From Clostridiales bacterium (GTDB taxonomy: Bacteria > Bacillota > Clostridia > Christensenellales > Aristaeellaceae): a stretch of 64,000 bases of DNA. Location of the stretch: the NCBI GenBank assembly GCA_015056245.1, contig SVGQ01000003.1:2689-66688 (forward strand), given 5' to 3'. The notes beneath the pieces were generated by a model. That model was given only the letters and a program-made list of their open reading frames with translations. It was not told where the DNA came from and did not search any database. Numbering within the stretch: position 1 is the first letter of the stretch; every line of letters begins with the position of its first letter. The translations under genes were made by a program, and so were the position numbers. This document shows positions 58,401 through 64,000 of the stretch, piece after piece.

Positions 58401-61400
58401 GAATCCTTTTCAGCTGGATATCCGGGATGATGCCCTCTATGTGGTAGGATCCATTGATGGAACCAAAACGGAGCCCGTTCGTCTTGAGGCCGGGGATTAC
58501 GAGATGAACATGGACAGGGTCGTTGTGTACTGGCATGATAAGGATGATCGCGGAAATACAACCTATACCAATGTGCCTAAGGGTGACTTCATCATCATGG
58601 GTCAAAAGACGGTTGATGGCCCTTGGGAGGAGATTGAACGGTTCAAGATTCCCAGCGATAAATACAGCTATTATGAATACCGTGCAAGATCAGCAAAGTA
58701 CTCAGGCAAAGGCTATACCAGCCTGCGCATCATCAGCCCTCAGGAAGAAGAAGATAATATGGGATATTTGTCTGTCCAAATGGACTTGTATCCCAAGCTG
58801 TTTGCCAACCGGCCTGTGTTCCAGTCATTGGTTGAGCAGGGAATTGACATGATCTATCTGCACAACTGGGCTGCCTTCAAACTCTATGAGGATGACGGTA
58901 CAGGCAATTATCAGTGGATCAACAGCTATGATTACCTCTATACACCTTCCAGCAATCGGGCAAATCTGGCTGACTGGACTGATCTGATACCCAAGGACTT
59001 CAGCCGCGAGGGCGCGTATATGGCCCGTGCTCATACGTATAGCTATGGTGGCGAAGTGACCCATGGCAGTGGTGTCAGTAAAACGCTCAAGTCTGCTGTC
59101 AACAATACCATTGACGGCACGGTGGATGCCGTGTTTAACCTTTCGGCAACCGAAAACATGACCGGTGTCAGCAGTGATGTTCTGGCGACAGATGTCTATA
59201 AGGCATATGTAGCAGACATGTCATGGCAGCATGGTATGTTCTACGATCTTTTGCCGCTGGGGTACTACTATGATTCCAAAGTAACGCCAACAGTCAGCGG
59301 CTACAATAAAGATTTTCCTGCCAGCGTTGTCAAAGTGGAGACCGTTGACAATTACAAGAACTCCAACCGACAGATGGTTAAGTTCCATCTGGAATTTGAC
59401 GGCGAACCCGGTAAGAATATCTACACATACGCAAGCAGTACCTATACTGGTTTCAACCTGACTTTCCAGGCCAAAGCCAGTTGGGATGATCTGTCCCTGT
59501 TCCCCTATGGCTACAATGTGATGGGCTTCCAGAAGGGTTCTGAGAACGCGGAAGGCACGATCGTTTTCGGCGGTGAGGCGAATCAGATCCCCGGTTCCCG
59601 GGAGGATAACGGCGGTTTGTTCACCTCCACGCACGGCACGGATGTGAGAGAGACCATGACCGACCTCAATGGGGATGGCATCTCAAGCGGTATCAAAGAT
59701 ACGCTTATGGCTTCAGCGTATATCAATCCGGATTTCGTCAGCGCCTATCAGATCGGTCTGGCCAAGTTTGTCAAAGCCAACAGCGGTATCTGGCAGACCC
59801 ATGACTTTGCGGATCTGGGCGGTGAGTATTACTACAAGATCCGGCTGACCATGGGCAGCGGCGGTACCACCCGGAATCTGGTTCTGTTTGACGTGTTGGA
59901 GGATGCTGTCAATACGCAGGCGGCAACGCAGGAGGCTCATTGGAAGGGTACCTTCAAGAGCTTTAATGTCCGGGTGCCGGAACTGCAGGGAATTGCTCCC
60001 AAGGTATATTATTCAACGGTGAAAAACCTGGACTCCAACAAGTTCACCGGTATCAATGACCTGCAGAATGAGGAGGTCTGGTCCCTGACCCCGCCGGAGG
60101 ATCTTTCCACTGTTACTGCGCTGGCCTTTGACCTGTCCAAAAAGCCCTCTGGCAGCGACTACGTATTCGATCGGGCCATGACCACCGAAGTGGAGATCAC
60201 CATGATGGCGCCGGAAGAACTGCCTCCGGCTGAGCTGGCGTATAACCGTTCGTCCTATGCGGCTTTGTTCAAAGCAAACGGCTCGGCTGAGAGTACGGAA
60301 GAACATAACATCGGTCACCGTGTTACGGTTGCCCTGCGGGATGAAAAAGACCTGTTCTTCACCAAGCTGGGCATTCAGGAAGGGGCTGACCCGGCGGGTC
60401 TGCCGGGCGCTGAGTTCACGCTGTACAAGTGTGAACATGAACATACGTTGATCTGTTCGGATGACTGCCACACCCATACCGGCAAGCCCGGGGAAGAGGG
60501 CAGCTGCTGGATCAGCACGCCTTTCCAGACGGCTGAGTCGGATGCCAGTGGTCTGGTCAGCTTCACAGACCTGCCCACTGGCTATTTCGCCTTTGTGGAA
60601 AGCAGGACGGTCAATGGCTATGAACCTTTGACGGATATGTGGTGGACCTTTGAAGTACAGGCCACTTCCGATGGATTCATCACCGAACCGGTGAATGCTG
60701 GTACGGCCGACAATCATGTATCCGTGAACAAGGATACAGACGGTAGCCTTTCTCTGCTCAATACCAGGATCAAAACCTCGATCCCGATGGAAAAACGGTG
60801 GGCAGGCGAAGGTGCCGACCTTTCCATCCGTCCCGTGTCCATTGTGCTGGATTTGTACCGCAACGAACAGCCGTATATCGAGGGTGTTACGCTAACGCCT
60901 GACGCTTCGGGCAACTGGCAGTATACCTTTACGGATCTGTACGTTGCAGATTTCCTGGGCGTGAACTATCAATATGAGGTACGGGAACGTCCTGTGCCCG
61001 GGTACAGCTGTAACGGCACAGAGGAAAACGGTGTTGCCATTCTTACCAACACCTGTCTGGGTCAGCTGGAGATCAGCAAAAAAGTGGTTCACGGCGATCA
61101 AAACAAACCGTTCACGTTTGTTGTTGCCTTCAGCGGCACCGGTACGCCCCTGGAAGGCGATTATCAGGTGTTCAAAACGGCTGCGGATGGCAGCGTAAGC
61201 ATGCAGACGGTCACCGCTGCGGACAGCAGTCTGACTGTGACCGCAGCTCACGGCGAAAGTGTCCGGCTGGTCGGTCTGCCCATTGGCAGTTCCTACACCG
61301 TTACGGAGCAGCCCGCAGCGGGCTATACGCCGGCTGTTACCGCTGGAGTCGCAACCGGTATTGTGGAAGCTGCAACGGTGCACACCGTTACCATCACCAA

Positions 61401-63528
61401 TACCTATGATGCCAGCGGGGAATGGAACCCGGCCGCTGCCAAATGGGTCAACGGGAAGCCCGCGGAAGCGGATGAGATCTTCACCTTCCAGCTGACCAGC
61501 GGTGCGAACGTGCCCAAAGTCAGCCAGAAGAAAGAAAACGCAGGCAGCCTGATCACCTTTGATGCGGTGGAATACGGGCTTTCGGATATCGGCAAGACCT
61601 ATTCCTACACCGTGAAGGAATGCGCCACAGACAAACCCGGCTATTCCATTGACCAGCGCGTGTATGATGTGAGCGTTACGATCACGGACAATGGCGACGG
61701 TACCTTGACAGCAACGCCCACGTACAGCCTGAACGGCGCGGCGGTGGATCAGATCGTGTTCGATAACACCTATGAGGCCAAGGGACAGCTGATATTGGAA
61801 GGCATCAAGACCGTTAACGGTCATAAGCCCCGCGAGAATCAGGTGTTCCGCTTCGAGCTGACCGGTCAGGGCAATGGTGTGCCGCAGACGGCGGTTAACG
61901 AGGGCAGCAGCATTCTGTTCGATGCGATCACCTATGATCTGAGCGATCTGGCGAATTCGCCCTTTACGTACAATGTGAAGGAAGTGTCCGTCTCTGAAAA
62001 CGGCTATACGGTGGATGATCATGTGTATACCGTCTGCGTATGGCTGGCAGATAACGGAGATGGCACCCTGAAGGTGACAAAGCAGATCCTGACCGGCGGA
62101 CAGACGGCTGACAGCGTTCAGTTCAATAATACCTATCACGCCAGCGGAGAGCTGATCCTGACGGCTGCTAAAACCGTGAACGGCCTCACGCCCCGCGCTG
62201 ATCAGGTGTACTCCTTCCAGCTGACCAGTGAAGAGGGAACGCCTGCGGTCTCTCAGCAGAAGAGCAATACGCTGGGCGCGGTGATATTCGATCCGCTGAC
62301 ATATACGTATGAGGATGTAGACAAAACCTACACCTACACGGTCAGCGAAACCACGGCCTCTCAGGGCGACCTGGTGGCGGATCCCACGGTTTATACGGTT
62401 CGTGTGAAGATCACGGACAACGGTGACGGCACGATGCTGGCAACGCCTGCCTTCTTCAAGGGTGAGGAAGCAGCACAAGCCTTCGCCTTCGACAATACCC
62501 TCTACGCCCCCCTGACGATCCAAAAGACGGTTGATGGCCCGGCAACGGAGGAAACTTTCCCCATCAAGATCTGGCTGTATGATGAGAATCAGGTGGAAGT
62601 GAAGGATACATTCCACTATACCGGCGATCTGACCGGTCAGCTTGTCAGCGGCGATACGATTCTGCTGGGTCATGGTCAGAGCATCACCATTGTGGATCTG
62701 ATTCCCGGTATGCGCTACACAGTGGAGGAGAAACCCGGCGTCCGCTATACTGCCACTGTGAATGGTCAGGGACAGGAAACGGTTTCCGGACAGTGCACCG
62801 AGGGCGGAAACACCGTCAGCTTTGTGAATGTGATCAAGACCACGGGCTTGTCCGTTACCAAGCAATGGGACGGCGCTCATGGCGGTACCATCCAGCTGAC
62901 CCTGTATGCCAATGGTATCAAGCTGGAAAACCAGCCTGTACCGCATCAGAACGGTGACACATACTCCTACACCAACCTGCCCAAATACGATCTGAACGGC
63001 GACGAAATCCGTTACACCGTCAAAGAAAAGTATATGGAGGGTTATCTGGCGATTTATGACAATATCGCGCCGCATGAAAGCGAATCGGATTGCGTCTATA
63101 ACGGCGGCAAGATCATCAACCGGGAAGTGGTCGTGTTCCGGATCCGTAAAGTGTGGAGCGGCATCAAACCGCAGGATGCCCCGCCCATTCGTCTGACGCT
63201 GTACTGCAATGGTACTGTGTACAAGAAGGAGCAGCCTGAACCGGATGCCAACGGCCTGTATGTTTACACCAATCTGCCCAAGTATGTGGGCGGCGTGCCT
63301 GCTGTTTATACAGTGAAGGAAGCGCCCATGGGCGGCTATGATACCCATTACTATGCCAGCGATGGACAGGAGACGGAAATGGGTGTCAACGGCGGACAGA
63401 TCCTGAACATCAAGATCCCGGATACCCGCGACAAGCAGCCTGTGCAACTGTGGTTTGCCTTGATGGCGATGGCTGGTATCGTCCTTGCTGTTATGGTGAT
63501 TCGCATGAACAGGCGGTGCAAAGATTGA
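55426..63528 (+). CDS. Second large surface adhesin (2,700 aa): signal peptide, novel N-terminal ~1,800 aa, SpaA-like, Cna-B and pilin-isopeptide modules, atypical C-terminal sorting signal
   Basis: The start is ATG 55426 (MKKELHQNHLKQAMFILMTTLLLCCLFSAALA). The TTG at 55414 is the alternative. Cna-B-like motifs include GLRPETIAPRL, GLRPKNVTLKV, RNRPNDVILTV and SIRPVSIVLDLY. FctA-like modules include FTFQLTSG...TYSYTVKE. The C-terminus is IPDTR + TM + RMNRRCKD. Confidence 0.9.
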   Translation: MKKELHQNHLKQAMFILMTTLLLCCLFSAALAEPTYTIPVVFTWGPEDLYTLGYDVYLDLYRDGELYKTLQINQNTAPEKRTFSTALRNGKTGENYEFDLKIRTDPKLKATAVLDKDNLQWNVHFERIKSGPVTLRVRLEDNNDAFGLRPETIAPRLAAKRGYYDEEALYVSEPADHVVRNEDGTFTVTWNNVQFYYPDLDDDVDVDTYKDWQAKWFIQLGDENYVAECNTYNYHLSDYSPTTVQMLLDGPNYWADIQLYNYLAYNDLLSDEYKETPTEINVELVDKDGNAVEGTRRTVTLEHTVKTGTDYADYMYASGSVLWQLEEGEKDYRLHVIDQLPPYWRLSVSRGSTQYGVRKFTADAYTNRLNPYVVFYHYDNDNVLGLRPKNVTLKVDIGQDIHFQQKVTINGGTVFYYLSNNNKRQYFPMVAADGSPMTINLEVEGYPGHYSVVTSHTPTAESSYIGKVEATLTTRTLTAEVKWDKERNDGRNRPNDVILTVKDQNGKIVGSKFASPNTGWKASFDVPVYDENGDIASYTIEQNDLQLYTTKITRTLIDGGNPPTEEGAPETALDDVEHFVITNTEQEDWNYAIDLVWDTEIIDERYDRYEVSQSSNYERALTYKLTIYVNAAMYKKGDLEVRLPYYLDGYGNRNGTITAVSAPRAQEIAVPMYPDYNPDNAFHYYVDDHGTDDKRDDELVFVNWRDIEDSINQTIEVKHRVYPSNMLDTIPQTWQAVGYGTKFEVINGEVVKKEVEVQKSPVISYGVDTGCYLPKANIHAFPIYRKVDGFSTPYDPEKYVYLEIWNGQRQGQYERLTLNQYLTYTAELEASEGIEISKNYFYWTGSTESGLLTVNPDDPSKAVYQASRTPSTSSSHYSIENRGFIIRIPRDKIGQEDESYTGTIKFTHSARVDQQHENDKVSGLDYNDYWTSSSEITFTWEPQESWSFDGDIYTWSKYGGSLPSAPVTRLQLGLDLKVSNYYVTGKVYGYDMNPFQLDIRDDALYVVGSIDGTKTEPVRLEAGDYEMNMDRVVVYWHDKDDRGNTTYTNVPKGDFIIMGQKTVDGPWEEIERFKIPSDKYSYYEYRARSAKYSGKGYTSLRIISPQEEEDNMGYLSVQMDLYPKLFANRPVFQSLVEQGIDMIYLHNWAAFKLYEDDGTGNYQWINSYDYLYTPSSNRANLADWTDLIPKDFSREGAYMARAHTYSYGGEVTHGSGVSKTLKSAVNNTIDGTVDAVFNLSATENMTGVSSDVLATDVYKAYVADMSWQHGMFYDLLPLGYYYDSKVTPTVSGYNKDFPASVVKVETVDNYKNSNRQMVKFHLEFDGEPGKNIYTYASSTYTGFNLTFQAKASWDDLSLFPYGYNVMGFQKGSENAEGTIVFGGEANQIPGSREDNGGLFTSTHGTDVRETMTDLNGDGISSGIKDTLMASAYINPDFVSAYQIGLAKFVKANSGIWQTHDFADLGGEYYYKIRLTMGSGGTTRNLVLFDVLEDAVNTQAATQEAHWKGTFKSFNVRVPELQGIAPKVYYSTVKNLDSNKFTGINDLQNEEVWSLTPPEDLSTVTALAFDLSKKPSGSDYVFDRAMTTEVEITMMAPEELPPAELAYNRSSYAALFKANGSAESTEEHNIGHRVTVALRDEKDLFFTKLGIQEGADPAGLPGAEFTLYKCEHEHTLICSDDCHTHTGKPGEEGSCWISTPFQTAESDASGLVSFTDLPTGYFAFVESRTVNGYEPLTDMWWTFEVQATSDGFITEPVNAGTADNHVSVNKDTDGSLSLLNTRIKTSIPMEKRWAGEGADLSIRPVSIVLDLYRNEQPYIEGVTLTPDASGNWQYTFTDLYVADFLGVNYQYEVRERPVPGYSCNGTEENGVAILTNTCLGQLEISKKVVHGDQNKPFTFVVAFSGTGTPLEGDYQVFKTAADGSVSMQTVTAADSSLTVTAAHGESVRLVGLPIGSSYTVTEQPAAGYTPAVTAGVATGIVEAATVHTVTITNTYDASGEWNPAAAKWVNGKPAEADEIFTFQLTSGANVPKVSQKKENAGSLITFDAVEYGLSDIGKTYSYTVKECATDKPGYSIDQRVYDVSVTITDNGDGTLTATPTYSLNGAAVDQIVFDNTYEAKGQLILEGIKTVNGHKPRENQVFRFELTGQGNGVPQTAVNEGSSILFDAITYDLSDLANSPFTYNVKEVSVSENGYTVDDHVYTVCVWLADNGDGTLKVTKQILTGGQTADSVQFNNTYHASGELILTAAKTVNGLTPRADQVYSFQLTSEEGTPAVSQQKSNTLGAVIFDPLTYTYEDVDKTYTYTVSETTASQGDLVADPTVYTVRVKITDNGDGTMLATPAFFKGEEAAQAFAFDNTLYAPLTIQKTVDGPATEETFPIKIWLYDENQVEVKDTFHYTGDLTGQLVSGDTILLGHGQSITIVDLIPGMRYTVEEKPGVRYTATVNGQGQETVSGQCTEGGNTVSFVNVIKTTGLSVTKQWDGAHGGTIQLTLYANGIKLENQPVPHQNGDTYSYTNLPKYDLNGDEIRYTVKEKYMEGYLAIYDNIAPHESESDCVYNGGKIINREVVVFRIRKVWSGIKPQDAPPIRLTLYCNGTVYKKEQPEPDANGLYVYTNLPKYVGGVPAVYTVKEAPMGGYDTHYYASDGQETEMGVNGGQILNIKIPDTRDKQPVQLWFALMAMAGIVLAVMVIRMNRRCKD

Positions 63529-63573
63529 TCGCCATGCTGAGAAGCATGGACAACTGGTAAGAGTATCCCAAAG

Positions 63574-63620
63574 AAACCCAGAGCATGGTTCCTGACCTGA
63601 GGACATGCTCTGGGTTTTGT
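63574..63620 (+). terminator. Rho-independent terminator after the second adhesin gene
   Basis: A 14-bp stem AAACCCAGAGCATG (63574-63587) pairs with CATGCTCTGGGTTT (63604-63617) and is followed by T-rich sequence. Confidence 0.8.
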
Positions 63621-63731
63621 ATTGCAGGCGGGTCTGATTCATGTTTACAGAACGTTGACAGATATCTGCTTTCTTTTTACAGTGACGAATGTTATAATAT
63701 GGTCAAGCAGAAACCTGAGGAGGGTTTGTTG

Positions 63732-64000
63732 ATGAAGAAAAAGAAAAAGGCCGGCGGTCTTGGCGGGCTGTATGTGATGATCGCTGTTTGTGTGGTATGC
63801 AGCTGCGTGGCCGTTTTTGGTTTGATGGGCAAGCTGGAAACCTATCAGGAAAGCGAGGATAGCTATGCCCAGCTGCAACAGGCTGCATTGACCATTGTGG
63901 AAAACGAACCCGATGCCGAACAAACGCAGGAGAGCGCGGGATCGCCCATGCGGACCATCTCCCCGGAGGAATTGCTGGCTGCCAAGGAAAACGGTCAGGA
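63732..64000 (+). CDS. N-terminal fragment of a membrane-anchored protein, possibly a sortase (runs off the window)
   Basis: GGAGGG lies about 9 nt upstream of ATG 63732 and an extended -10 (TGTTATAAT) sits at 63690-63698. My own translation is MKKKKKAGGLGGLYVMIAVCVVCSCVAVFGLMGKLETYQESEDSYAQLQQ..., i.e. a basic N-terminus plus one TM helix. The frame is open to position 64000. The sortase idea rests only on context and N-terminal style. Confidence 0.5.
   Translation, partial: MKKKKKAGGLGGLYVMIAVCVVCSCVAVFGLMGKLETYQESEDSYAQLQQAALTIVENEPDAEQTQESAGSPMRTISPEELLAAKENGQ

Noticed and set aside
60892-63642. 916-aa minus-strand ORF opposite the 3' part of the second adhesin gene
   Set aside because: The same antisense-shadow effect applies. 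It extends past the sense stop and into the terminator, and its composition is unnatural.

Overview
This 64-kb window looks like a GC-rich Gram-positive, Clostridia-type chromosome. The cues are AGGAGG-type RBSs, a SipW-type signal peptide, LPXTG-like sorting signals and a DUF4368-type serine recombinase. GC values below are judged by eye and were not computed. The window splits into four blocks. (1) 1-7.5 kb holds ordinary genes: the recJ 3' part, an NhaC-like antiporter, a MarR-DegV operon, a 603-aa conserved hypothetical and a P-loop protein. (2) About 7.6-24.45 kb is a visibly AT-rich island. It starts with a 5'-truncated large serine recombinase. It also carries an XRE regulator plus an orphan gene, and a small serine recombinase with an apparent in-frame internal deletion. 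Its main content is a tightly packed 10-gene plus-strand cassette (11.3-24.2 kb). That cassette encodes a secreted protein, a lipoprotein, a polytopic membrane protein, a tubulin/FtsZ-like protein, a 1,040-aa Hsp70/actin-fold protein and a coiled-coil bitopic membrane protein. It ends with a transglutaminase-like lipoprotein, a small lipoprotein and two BspA-type LRR proteins. (3) 24.5-29.8 kb holds a small orphan gene, an XRE/AbrB regulator with an ABC-2 exporter, a SipW-signal secreted protein and tRNA-Thr(GGU). (4) 30.2-63.5 kb holds two tandem giant wall-anchored adhesin genes of 8,232 aa and 2,700 aa. They are built from Cna-B-type, pilin-isopeptide (FctA-like) and SpaA-like modules. The start of a membrane-anchored, possibly sortase-like, gene follows. 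The best candidate for an undescribed system is the tubulin-like/Hsp70-like envelope cassette on the island. All functional calls rest on motif recognition by eye, and no database or profile search was run.
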